Position numbers and translations under genes: made by a program. Below the pieces are notes generated by a model, which saw nothing but the letters and a program-made list of their open reading frames with translations, made no database searches and was not told the origin of the DNA. DNA of 64,000 nt from assembly GCA_002269645.1 (NCBI GenBank), contig NIVC01001059.1, forward strand, positions 62,001 to 126,000, read 5' to 3'. Position 1 is the first letter of the stretch. Each line of letters opens with the position of its first letter. The stretch comes from Macrostomum lignano. Lineage: Eukaryota. Positions 35,363-50,300 of this stretch are shown in pieces.

Positions 35363-38300
35363 CTACTTGGTCTCTTTCTTCTCTTTCTTCTCTTTCTTCT
35401 CTTTCTTCTCTTTCTTCTCTTTCTTTCCTTTCTCTCCTTTCTCTCCTTTCTCTTTCTTCTCTTTCTTTCCTTTCTCTCCTTTCTCTCCTTTCTCTTTCTT
35501 CTCTTTCTTTCCTTTCTTCCCTTTCTCTCCTTTCTCTCCTTTCTCTTTCTTCTCTTTCTTTCCTTTCTTCTCTTTCTTTTCTTTCTTCTCTTTCTTCTCT
35601 TTCTTTCCTTTCTTCTCTTTCTTCTCTTTCTTCTCCTTCTCGCCCTTCTCGCCCTTCTTCTTAGCCTCGGGCGCCTTGGAAATCTTGTCGTCTGACAATT
35701 TGATCTCCTTCTGGGCCTGGGCGATCCTGCCATTGACCTTGGCCAAGCGCCGTTTCAAGATGTCCTTGTCACTCCTGCGAGAGAAGTAAGCGATGTAGCT
35801 GATGTGCCTGGACACCTTCTCGGCAGTCTCAAGGAGGTCCTTGAAATCCTCGATGCACTTCTCGGCGAGCTTCTGGTCTCGCTTGGCCCGGGCCTTGTTG
35901 GAGGCGACAATGAGCTTGTCGGTCATGCTGTCGGCTTTGCTGGTGGCCTTCTTCAGCTTGACCGCTTCCTTGTCGGCGAGTTTTCGCACGTCCTTGCGGC
36001 GGATGCGCGGCACGGAGTCGGAGGCCGAGCGGACCAGGCGGCGCAGTGGCCGCATAATGCTCAGGACGATGTCTGACACCTCGGAGGCCTGGCGGACAAC
36101 CTCCAGCGAGGCTGCGAGAATTTGGTAGTCGGGTTACGTTTTAGTTAGGCTTGTAATCTTGCCTATTTTTAGTGACACAGCAGCCGATAATTTGTGCGCA
36201 ATGAACCTACTATTTGATACGCTCACGGATCGATGGATTCCAGCTTACCGTATGGCATGAATTGTGTGTAATTAACCTACTATTTGATACGCTCACGGAT
36301 CGATGGATTCCAGCTTACCGTATGGCATGATTTGTGTGTAATTAACCTACTATTTGATACCCTCACGGATCGATGGATTCCAGCTTACCGTATGGCATGA
36401 TTAGTGTGTAATTAACCTACTATTTGATACGCTCACGGATCGATAGATTCCAGCTTACCGTATGGCATGATTTGTGTGTAATTAACCTACTATTTGATAC
36501 CCTCACGGATCGATAGATTCCAGCTTACCGTATGGCATGATTTGTGTGTAATTAACCTACTATTTGATACCCTCACGGATCGATAGATTCCAGCTTACCG
36601 TATGGCATGAATTGTGTGTAATTAACCTACTATTTGATACGCTCACGGATCGATGGATTCCAGCTTACCGTATGGCATGAATTGTGCGCAATGAACCTAC
36701 TATTTGATAAGCTCACGGATCGATGGATTCCAGCTTACCGTATGGCATGAATTGTGCGCAATGAACCTACTATTTGATAAGCTCACGGATCGATGGATTC
36801 CAGCTTACCGTATGGCATGAATTGTGTGTAATTAACCTACTATTTGATACGCTCACGGATCGATGGATTCCAGCTTACCGTATGGCATGATTTGTGTGTA
36901 ATTAACCTACTATTTGATACCCTCACGGATCGATGGATTCCAGCTTACCGTATGGCATGATTTGTGTGTAATTAACCTACTATTTGATACCCTCACGGAT
37001 CGATGGATTCCAGCTTACCGTATGGCATGATTTGTGTGTAATTAACCTACTATTTGATACGCTCACGGATCGATGGATTCCAGCTTACCGTATGGCATGA
37101 TTTGTGTGTAATTAACCTACTATTTGATACACTCACGGATCGATGGATTCCAGCTTACCGTATGGCATGATTTGTGTGTAATTAACCTACTATTTGATAA
37201 GCTCACGGATCGATGGATTCCAGCTTACCGTATGGCATGATTTGTGTGTAATGAACCTACTATTTGATACGCTCACGGATCGATGGATTCCAGCTTACCG
37301 TATGGCATGAATTGTGCGCAATGAACCTACTATTTGATACCCTCACGGATCGATGGATTCCAGCTTACCGTATGGCATGAATTGTGCGCAATGAACCTAC
37401 TATTTAATACCCTCACGGATCGATGGATTCCAGCTTACCGTATGGCATGATTTGTGTGTAATTAACCTACTATTTGATAAGCTCACGGATCGATGGATTC
37501 CAGCTTACCGTATGGCATGATTTGTGTGTAATTAACCTACTATTTGATACCCTCACGGATCGATGGATTCCAGCTTACCGTATGGCATGAATTGTGCGCA
37601 ATTAACCTACTATTTGATACCCTCACGGATCGATGGATTCCAGCTTACCGTATGGCATGAATTGTGTGTAATTAACCTACTATTTGATACCCTCACGATC
37701 GATGGATTCCAGCTTACCGTATGGCATGAATTGTGTGTAATTAACCTACTATTTGATACCCTCACGGATCGATGGATTCCAGCTTACCGTATGGCATGAA
37801 TTGTGTGTAATTAACCTACTATTTGATACCCTCACGGATCGATGGATTCCAGCTTACCGTATGGCATGAATTGTGTGTAATTAACCTACTATTTGATACC
37901 CTCACGAATCGATAGATTCCAGCTTACCGTATGGCATGAATTATGTGTAATTAACCTACTATTTGATACGCTCACGGATCGATGGATTCCAGCTTACCGT
38001 ATGGCATGAATTGTGCGTAATTAACCTACTATTTGATAAGCTCACGGATCGATGGATTCCAGCTTACCGTATGGCATGATTGTGTGTAATTAACCTACTA
38101 TTTGATACGCTCACGGATCGATGGATTCCAGCTTACCGTATGGCATGATTTGTGTGTAATTAACCTACTATTTGATACCCTCACGGATCGATGGATTCCA
38201 GCTTACCGTATGGCATGAATTGTGTGCAATTAACCTACTATTTGATACCCTCACGGATCGATGGATTCCAGCTTACCGTATGGCATGATTTGTGTGTAAT

Positions 38301-41300
38301 TAACCTACTATTTGATAAGCTCACGGATCGATGGATTCCAGCTTACCGTATGGCATGAATTGTGCGTAATTAACCTACTATTTGATACCCTCACGGATCG
38401 ATGGATTCCAGCTTACCGTATGGCATGAATTGTGTGTAATTAACCTACTATTTGATACCCTCACGGATCGATGGATTCCAGCTTACCGTATGGCATGATT
38501 TGTGTGTAATTAACCTACTATTTGATACCCTCACGGATCGATGGATTCCAGCTTACCGTATGGCATGAATTGTGCGCAATTAACCTACTATTTGATACCC
38601 TCACGGATCGATGGATTCCAGCTTACCGTATGGCATGAATTGTGTGTAATTAACCTACTATTTGATACCCTCACGGATCGATGGATTCCAGCTTACCGTA
38701 TGGCATGATTTGTGTGTAATTAACCTACTATTTGATAAGCTCACGGATCGATGGATTCCAGCTTACCGTATGGCATGAATTGTGTGTAATTAACCTACTA
38801 TTTGATAAGCTCACGGATCGATGGATTCCAGCTTACCGTATGGCATGATTTGTGTGTAATTAACCTACTATTTGATAAGCTCACGGATCGATGGATTCCA
38901 GCTTACCGTATGGCATGATTTGTGTGTAATTAACCTACTATTTGATACCCTCACGGATCGATGGATTCCAGCTTACCGTATGGCATGATTTGTGTGTAAT
39001 TAACCTACTATTTGATACCCTCACGGATCGATGGATTCCAGCTTACCGTATGGCATGAATTGTGCGCAATTAACCTACTATTTGATACCCTCACGGATCG
39101 ATGGATTCCAGCTTACCGTATGGCATGAATTGTGTGTAATTAACCTACTATTTGATAAGCTCACGGATCGATGGATTCCAGCTTACCGTATGGCATGATT
39201 TGTGTGTAATTAACCTACTATTTGATAAGCTCACGGATCGATGGATTCCAGCTTACCGTATGGCATGAATTGTGCGTAATTAACCTACTATTTGATACGC
39301 TCACGGATCGATGGATTCCAGCTTACCGTATGGCATGATTTGTGTGTAATGAACCTACTATTTGATACCCTCACGGATCGATGGATTCCAGCTTACCGTA
39401 TGGCATGATTTGTGTGTAATTAACCTACTATTTGATACGCTCACGGATCGATGGATTCCAGCTTACCGTATGGCATGATTTGTGTGTAATTAACCTACTA
39501 TTTGATAAGCTCACGGATCGATGGATTCCAGCTTACCGTATGGCATGAATTGTGTGTAATTAACCTACTATTTGATACGCTCACGGATCGATGGATTCCA
39601 GCTTACCGTATGGCATGATTTGTGTGTAATTAACCTACTATTTGATACCCTCACGGATCGATGGATTCCAGCTTACCGTATGGCATGATTTGTGTGTAAT
39701 TAACCTACTATTTGATACGCTCACGGATCGATGGATTCCAGCTTACCGTATGGCATGATTTGTGTGTAATTAACCTACTATTTGATAAGCTCACGGATCG
39801 ATGGATTCCAGCTTACCGTATGGCATGAATTGTGTGTAATTAACCTACTATTTGATACGCTCACGGATCGATGGATTCCAGCTTACCGTATGGCATGATT
39901 TGTGTGTAATTAACCTACTATTTGATACCCTCACGGATCGATGGATTCCAGCTTACCGTATGGCATGATTTGTGTGTAATTAACCTACTATTTGATACGC
40001 TCACGGATCGATGGATTCCAGCTTACCGTATGGCATGATTTGTGTGTAATTAACCTACTATTTGATAAGCTCACGGATCGATGGATTCCAGCTTACCGTA
40101 TGGCATGATTTGTGTGTAATTAACCTACTATTTGATACCCTCACGGATCGATGGATTCCAGCTTACCGTATGGCATGATTTGTGTGTAATTAACCTACTA
40201 TTTGATACGCTCACGGATCGATGGATTCCAGCTTACCGTATGGCATGATTTGTGTGTAATTAACCTACTATTTGATAAGCTCACGGATCGATGGATTCCA
40301 GCTTACCGTATGGCATGAATTGTGCGCAATGAACCTACTATTTGATACGCTCACGGATCGATGGATTCCAGCTTACCGTATGGCATGAATTGTGTGTAAT
40401 TAACCTACTATTTGATACGCTCACGGATCGATGGATTCCAGCTTACCGTATGGCATGAATTGTGTGTAATTAACCTACTATTTGATACCTCACGGATCGA
40501 TGGATTCCAGCTTACCGTATGGCATGAATTGTGCGTAATTAACCTACTATTTGATAAGCTCACGGATCGATGGATTCCAGCTTACCGTATGGCATGAATT
40601 GTGTGTAATTAACCTACTATTTGATACGCTCACGGATCGATGGATTCCAGCTTACCGTATGGCATGAATTGTGTGTAATTAACCTACTATTTGATACCTC
40701 ACGGATCGATGGATTCCAGCTTACCGTATGGCATGATTTGTGTGTAATTAACCTACTATTTGATAGCTCACGGATCGATGGATTCCAGCTTACCGTATGG
40801 CATGAATTGTGTGTAATTAACCTACTATTTGATACCCTCACGGATCGATGGATTCCAGCTTACCGTATGGCATGAATTTGTGTAATTAACCTACTATTTG
40901 ATACCTCACGGATCGATGGATTCCAGCTTACCGTATGGCATGATTGTGTGTAATTAACCTACTATTTGATACTCACGGATCGATGGATTCCAGCTTACCG
41001 TATGGCATGATTTGTGTGTAATTAACCTACTATTTGATAGCTCACGGATCGATGGATTCCAGCTTACCGTATGGCATGAATTGTGTGTAATTAACCTACT
41101 ATTTGATACCTCACGGATCGATGGATTCCAGCTTACCGTATGGCATGAATTGTGTGTAATTAACCTACTATTTGATACCTCACGGATCGATGGATTCCAG
41201 CTTACCGTATGGCATGATTTGTGTGTAATTAACCTACTATTTGATAGCTCACGGATCGATGGATTCCAGCTTACCGTATGGCATGATTGTGTGTAATTAA

Positions 41301-44300
41301 CCTACTATTTGATACTCACGGATCGATGGATTCCAGCTTACCGTATGGCATGATTTGTGTGTAATTAACCTACTATTTGATACTCACGGATCGATGGATT
41401 CCAGCTTACCGTATGGCATGATTGTGTGTAATTAACCTACTATTTGATACCTCACGGATCGATGGATTCCAGCTTACCGTATGGCATGATTTGTGTGTAA
41501 TTAACCTACTATTTGATAGCTCACGGATCGATGGATTCCAGCTTACCGTATGGCATGATTGTGTGTAATTAACCTACTATTTGATACGCTCACGGATCGA
41601 TGGATTCCAGCTTACCGTATGGCATGATTTGTGTGTAATTAACCTACTATTTGATACCTCACGGATCGATGGATTCCAGCTTACCGTATGGCATGATTTG
41701 TGTGTAATTAACCTACTATTTGATACCTCACGGATCGATGGATTCCAGCTTACCGTATGGCATGATTTGTGTGTAATTAACCTACTATTTGATACTCACG
41801 GATCGATGGATTCCAGCTTACCGTATGGCATGATTGTGTGTAATTAACCTACTATTTGATACCTCACGGATCGATGGATTCCAGCTTACCGTATGGCATG
41901 ATTTGTGTGTAATTAACCTACTATTTGATACCTCACGGATCGATGGATTCCAGCTTACCGTATGGCATGATTTGTGTGTAATTAACCTACTATTTGATAG
42001 CTCACGGATCGATGGATTCCAGCTTACCGTATGGCATGATTGTGTGTAATTAACCTACTATTTGATACGCTCACGGATCGATGGATTCCAGCTTACCGTA
42101 TGGCATGAATTGTGTGTAATTAACCTACTATTTGATACCTCACGGATCGATGGATTCCAGCTTACCGTATGGCATGATTGTGTGTAATTAACCTACTATT
42201 TGATACCTCACGGATCGATGGATTCCAGCTTACCGTATGGCATGATTTGTGTGTAATTAACCTACTATTTGATAGCTCACGGATCGATGGATTCCAGCTT
42301 ACCGTATGGCATGATTGTGTGTAATTAACCTACTATTTGATACTCACGGATCGATGGATTCCAGCTTACCGTATGGCATGAATTTGTGTGTAATTAACCT
42401 ACTATTTGATACCTCACGGATCGATGGATTCCAGCTTACCGTATGGCATGATTTGTGTGTAATTAACCTACTATTTGATACTCACGGATCGATGGATTCC
42501 AGCTTACCGTATGGCATGATTTGTGTGTAATTAACCTACTATTTGATAGCTCACGGATCGATGGATTCCAGCTTACCGTATGGCATGATTGTGTGTAATT
42601 AACCTACTATTTGATAGCTCACGGATCGATGGATTCCAGCTTACCGTATGGCATGAATTGTGTGTAATTAACCTACTATTTGATACCCTCACGGATCGAT
42701 GGATTCCAGCTTACCGTATGGCATGATTTGTGTGTAATTAACCTACTATTTGATACTCACGGATCGATGGATTCCAGCTTACCGTATGGCATGATTTGTG
42801 TGTAATTAACCTACTATTTGATAGCTCACGGATCGATGGATTCCAGCTTACCGTATGGCATGAATTGTGTGTAATTAACCTACTATTTGATACCTCACGG
42901 ATCGATGGATTCCAGCTTACCGTATGGCATGATTGTGTGTAATTAACCTACTATTTGATACCTCACGGATCGATGGATTCCAGCTTACCGTATGGCATGA
43001 TTTGTGTGTAATTAACCTACTATTTGATACCTCACGGATCGATGGATTCCAGCTTACCGTATGGCATGATTTGTGTGTAATTAACCTACTATTTGATAGC
43101 TCACGGATCGATGGATTCCAGCTTACCGTATGGCATGATTTGTGTGTAATTAACCTACTATTTGATACCTCACGGATCGATGGATTCCAGCTTACCGTAT
43201 GGCATGATTTGTGTGTAATTAACCTACTATTTGATACTCACGGATCGATGGATTCCAGCTTACCGTATGGCATGATTTGTGTGTAATTAACCTACTATTT
43301 GATACCTCACGGATCGATGGATTCCAGCTTACCGTATGGCATGATTGTGTGTAATTAACCTACTATTTGATACCACGGATCGATGGATTCCAGCTTACCG
43401 TATGGCATGATTGTGTGTAATTAACCTACTATTTGATACCTCACGGATCGATGGATTCCAGCTTACCGTATGGCATGATTTGTGTGTAATTAACCTACTA
43501 TTTGATACTCACGGATCGATGGATTCCAGCTTACCGTATGGCATGATTTGTGTGTAATTAACCTACTATTTGATACCTCACGGATCGATGGATTCCAGCT
43601 TACCGTATGGCATGATTTGTGTAATTAACCTACTATTTGATACCTCACGGATCGATGGATTCCAGCTTACCGTATGGCATGATTGTGTGTAATTAACCTA
43701 CTATTTGATACCCTCACGGATCGATGGATTCCAGCTTACCGTATGGCATGATTGTGTGTAATTAACCTACTATTTGATACCTCACGGATCGATGGATTCC
43801 AGCTTACCGTATGGCATGATTGTGTGTAATTAACCTACTATTTGATACTCACGGATCGATGGATTCCAGCTTACCGTATGGCATGATTGTGTGTAATTAA
43901 CCTACTATTTGATACCTCACGGATCGATGGATTCCAGCTTACCGTATGGCATGAATTGTGTGTAATTAACCTACTATTTGATACCTCACGGATCGATGGA
44001 TTCCAGCTTACCGTATGGCATGATTTGTGTGTAATTAACCTACTATTTGATACTCACGGATCGATGGATTCCAGCTTACCGTATGGCATGATTGTGTGTA
44101 ATTAACCTACTATTTGATACCTCACGGATCGATGGATTCCAGCTTACCGTATGGCATGATTTGTGTGTAATTAACCTACTATTTGATACCTCACGGATCG
44201 ATGGATTCCAGCTTACCGTATGGCATGATTTGTGTAATTAACCTACTATTTGATACCTCACGGATCGATGGATTCCAGCTTACCGTATGGCATGATTTGT

Positions 44301-47300
44301 GTGTAATTAACCTACTATTTGATACTCACGGATCGATGGATTCCAGCTTACCGTATGGCATGATTGTGTGTAATTAACCTACTATTTGATACCTCACGGA
44401 TCGATGGATTCCAGCTTACCGTATGGCATGATTGTGTGTAATTAACCTACTATTTGATACCTCACGGATCGATGGATTCCAGCTTACCGTATGGCATGAT
44501 TGTGTGTAATTAACCTACTATTTGATACCTCACGGATCGATGGATTCCAGCTTACCGTATGGCATGATTTGTGTGTAATTAACCTACTATTTGATACCTC
44601 ACGGATCGATGGATTCCAGCTTACCGTATGGCATGAATTGTGTGTAATTAACCTACTATTTGATACTCACGGATCGATGGATTCCAGCTTACCGTATGGC
44701 ATGATTTGTGTGTAATTAACCTACTATTTGATACCCTCACGGATCGATGGATTCCAGCTTACCGTATGGCATGATTGTGTGTAATTAACCTACTATTTGA
44801 TACTCACGGATCGATGGATTCCAGCTTACCGTATGGCATGATTGTGTGTAATTAACCTACTATTTGATACTCACGGATCGATGGATTCCAGCTTACCGTA
44901 TGGCATGATTGTGTGTAATTAACCTACTATTTGATACCTCACGGATCGATGGATTCCAGCTTACCGTATGGCATGATTTGTGTGTAATTAACCTACTATT
45001 TGATACCTCACGGATCGATGGATTCCAGCTTACCGTATGGCATGATTGTGTGTAATTAACCTACTATTTGATACCTCACGGATCGATGGATTCCAGCTTA
45101 CCGTATGGCATGATTGTGTGTAATTAACCTACTATTTGATACTCACGGATCGATGGATTCCAGCTTACCGTATGGCATGATTGTGTGTAATTAACCTACT
45201 ATTTGATACTCACGGATCGATGGATTCCAGCTTACCGTATGGCATGATTTGTGTGTAATTAACCTACTATTTGATACCTCACGGATCGATGGATTCCAGC
45301 TTACCGTATGGCATGATTTGTGTGTAATTAACCTACTATTTGATACCTCACGGATCGATGGATTCCAGCTTACCGTATGGCATGATTTGTGTGTAATTAA
45401 CCTACTATTTGATACTCACGGATCGATGGATTCCAGCTTACCGTATGGCATGATTTGTGTGTAATTAACCTACTATTTGATACTCACGGATCGATGGATT
45501 CCAGCTTACCGTATGGCATGATTGTGTGTAATTAACCTACTATTTGATACCTCACGGATCGATGGATTCCAGCTTACCGTATGGCATGATTGTGTGTAAT
45601 TAACCTACTATTTGATACCTCACGGATCGATGGATTCCAGCTTACCGTATGGCATGATTTGTGTGTAATTAACCTACTATTTGATACCTCACGGATCGAT
45701 GGATTCCAGCTTACCGTATGGCATGATTTGTGTGTAATTAACCTACTATTTGATACCTCACGGATCGATGGATTCCAGCTTACCGTATGGCATGATTGTG
45801 TGTAATTAACCTACTATTTGATACCTCACGGATCGATGGATTCCAGCTTACCGTATGGCATGATTGTGTGTAATTAACCTACTATTTGATACCTCACGGA
45901 TCGATGGATTCCAGCTTACCGTATGGCATGATTTGTGTGTAATTAACCTACTATTTGATACTCACGGATCGATGGATTCCAGCTTACCGTATGGCATGAT
46001 TTGTGTGTAATTAACCTACTATTTGATACTCACGGATCGATGGATTCCAGCTTACCGTATGGCATGATTTGTGTAATTAACCTACTATTTGATACCTCAC
46101 GGATCGATGGATTCCAGCTTACCGTATGGCATGATTGTGTGTAATTAACCTACTATTTGATACCTCACGGATCGATGGATTCCAGCTTACCGTATGGCAT
46201 GATTGTGTGTAATTAACCTACTATTTGATACTCACGGATCGATGGATTCCAGCTTACCGTATGGCATGATTTGTGTGTAATTAACCTACTATTTGATACT
46301 CACGGATCGATGGATTCCAGCTTACCGTATGGCATGATTTGTGTGTAATTAACCTACTATTTGATACCTCACGGATCGATGGATTCCAGCTTACCGTATG
46401 GCATGATTTGTGTGTAATTAACCTACTATTTGATACTCACGGATCGATGGATTCCAGCTTACCGTATGGCATGATTTGTGTGTAATTAACCTACTATTTG
46501 ATACTCACGGATCGATGGATTCCAGCTTACCGTATGGCATGATTTGTGTGTAATTAACCTACTATTTGATACTCACGGATCGATGGATTCCAGCTTACCG
46601 TATGGCATGATTTGTGTGTAATTAACCTACTATTTGATACTCACGGATCGATGGATTCCAGCTTACCGTATGGCATGATTTGTGTGTAATTAACCTACTA
46701 TTTGATACCTCACGGATCGATGGATTCCAGCTTACCGTATGGCATGATTTGTGTGTAATTAACCTACTATTTGATACTCACGGATCGATGGATTCCAGCT
46801 TACCGTATGGCATGATTTGTGTGTAATTAACCTACTATTTGATACCTCACGGATCGATGGATTCCAGCTTACCGTATGGCATGATTTGTGTGTAATTAAC
46901 CTACTATTTGATACCTCACGGATCGATGGATTCCAGCTTACCGTATGGCATGATTTGTGTGTAATTAACCTACTATTTGATAGCTCACGGATCGATGGAT
47001 TCCAGCTTACCGTATGGCATGATTTGTGTGTAATTAACCTACTATTTGATACCTCACGGATCGATGGATTCCAGCTTACCGTATGGCATGATTTGTGTGT
47101 AATTAACCTACTATTTGATACCTCACGGATCGATGGATTCCAGCTTACCGTATGGCATGATTTGTGTGTAATTAACCTACTATTTGATACCTCACGGATC
47201 GATGGATTCCAGCTTACCGTATGGCATGATTTGTGTGTAATTAACCTACTATTTGATACTCACGGATCGATGGATTCCAGCTTACCGTATGGCATGATTT

Positions 47301-50300
47301 GTGTGTAATTAACCTACTATTTGATACTCACGGATCGATGGATTCCAGCTTACCGTATGGCATGATTTGTGTGTAATTAACCTACTATTTGATACCTCAC
47401 GGATCGATGGATTCCAGCTTACCGTATGGCATGATTTGTGTGTAATTAACCTACTATTTGATACCTCACGGATCGATGGATTCCAGCTTACCGTATGGCA
47501 TGATTTGTGTGTAATTAACCTACTATTTGATACTCACGGATCGATGGATTCCAGCTTACCGTATGGCATGATTTGTGTGTAATTAACCTACTATTTGATA
47601 CCTCACGGATCGATGGATTCCAGCTTACCGTATGGCATGATTGTGTGTAATTAACCTACTATTTGATACCTCACGGATCGATGGATTCCAGCTTACCGTA
47701 TGGCATGATTTGTGTGTAATTAACCTACTATTTGATACTCACGGATCGATGGATTCCAGCTTACCGTATGGCATGATTTGTGTGTAATTAACCTACTATT
47801 TGATACTCACGGATCGATGGATTCCAGCTTACCGTATGGCATGATTGTGTGTAATTAACCTACTATTTGATACTCACGGATCGATGGATTCCAGCTTACC
47901 GTATGGCATGATTTGTGTGTAATTAACCTACTATTTGATACCTCACGGATCGATGGATTCCAGCTTACCGTATGGCATGATTTGTGTGTAATTAACCTAC
48001 TATTTGATACCTCACGGATCGATGGATTCCAGCTTACCGTATGGCATGATTGTGTGTAATTAACCTACTATTTGATACTCACGGATCGATGGATTCCAGC
48101 TTACCGTATGGCATGATTGTGTGTAATTAACCTACTATTTGATACCTCACGGATCGATGGATTCCAGCTTACCGTATGGCATGATTGTGTGTAATTAACC
48201 TACTATTTGATACCTCACGGATCGATGGATTCCAGCTTACCGTATGGCATGATTTGTGTGTAATTAACCTACTATTTGATACTCACGGATCGATGGATTC
48301 CAGCTTACCGTATGGCATGATTTGTGTGTAATTAACCTACTATTTGATACCTCACGGATCGATGGATTCCAGCTTACCGTATGGCATGATTGTGTGTAAT
48401 TAACCTACTATTTGATACCTCACGGATCGATGGATTCCAGCTTACCGTATGGCATGATTTGTGTGTAATTAACCTACTATTTGATACCTCACGGATCGAT
48501 GGATTCCAGCTTACCGTATGGCATGATTTGTGTGTAATTAACCTACTATTTGATACTCACGGATCGATGGATTCCAGCTTACCGTATGGCATGATTGTGT
48601 GTAATTAACCTACTATTTGATACTCACGGATCGATGGATTCCAGCTTACCGTATGGCATGATTTGTGTAATTAACCTACTATTTGATACCTCACGGATCG
48701 ATGGATTCCAGCTTACCGTATGGCATGATTTGTGTGTAATTAACCTACTATTTGATACTCACGGATCGATGGATTCCAGCTTACCGTATGGCATGATTTG
48801 TGTGTAATTAACCTACTATTTGATACTCACGGATCGATGGATTCCAGCTTACCGTATGGCATGATTGTGTGTAATTAACCTACTATTTGATACCTCACGG
48901 ATCGATGGATTCCAGCTTACCGTATGGCATGATTTGTGTGTAATTAACCTACTATTTGATACCTCACGGATCGATGGATTCCAGCTTACCGTATGGCATG
49001 ATTTGTGTGTAATTAACCTACTATTTGATACTCACGGATCGATGGATTCCAGCTTACCGTATGGCATGATTGTGTGTAATTAACCTACTATTTGATACTC
49101 ACGGATCGATGGATTCCAGCTTACCGTATGGCATGATTGTGTGTAATTAACCTACTATTTGATACCTCACGGATCGATGGATTCCAGCTTACCGTATGGC
49201 ATGATTTGTGTGTAATTAACCTACTATTTGATACCTCACGGATCGATGGATTCCAGCTTACCGTATGGCATGATTTGTGTGTAATTAACCTACTATTTGA
49301 TACTCACGGATCGATGGATTCCAGCTTACCGTATGGCATGATTGTGTGTAATTAACCTACTATTTGATACCTCACGGATCGATGGATTCCAGCTTACCGT
49401 ATGGCATGATTGTGTGTAATTAACCTACTATTTGATACCTCACGGATCGATGGATTCCAGCTTACCGTATGGCATGATTTGTGTGTAATTAACCTACTAT
49501 TTGATACCTCACGGATCGATGGATTCCAGCTTACCGTATGGCATGATTTGTGTGTAATTAACCTACTATTTGATACCTCACGGATCGATGGATTCCAGCT
49601 TACCGTATGGCATGATTGTGTGTAATTAACCTACTATTTGATACCTCACGGATCGATGGATTCCAGCTTACCGTATGGCATGATTTGTGTGTAATTAACC
49701 TACTATTTGATACCTCACGGATCGATGGATTCCAGCTTACCGTATGGCATGATTTGTGTGTAATTAACCTACTATTTGATACTCACGGATCGATGGATTC
49801 CAGCTTACCGTATGGCATGATTTGTGTGTAATTAACCTACTATTTGATACCTCACGGATCGATGGATTCCAGCTTACCGTATGGCATGATTTGTGTGTAA
49901 TTAACCTACTATTTGATACCTCACGGATCGATGGATTCCAGCTTACCGTATGGCATGATTTGTGTGTAATTAACCTACTATTTGATACCTCACGGATCGA
50001 TGGATTCCAGCTTACCGTATGGCATGATTTGTGTGTAATTAACCTACTATTTGATACCTCACGGATCGATGGATTCCAGCTTACCGTATGGCATGATTTG
50101 TGTGTAATTAACCTACTATTTGATACCTCACGGATCGATGGATTCCAGCTTACCGTATGGCATGATTTGTGTGTAATTAACCTACTATTTGATACCTCAC
50201 GGATCGATGGATTCCAGCTTACCGTATGGCATGATTTGTGTGTAATTAACCTACTATTTGATACCTCACGGATCGATGGATTCCAGCTTACCGTATGGCA

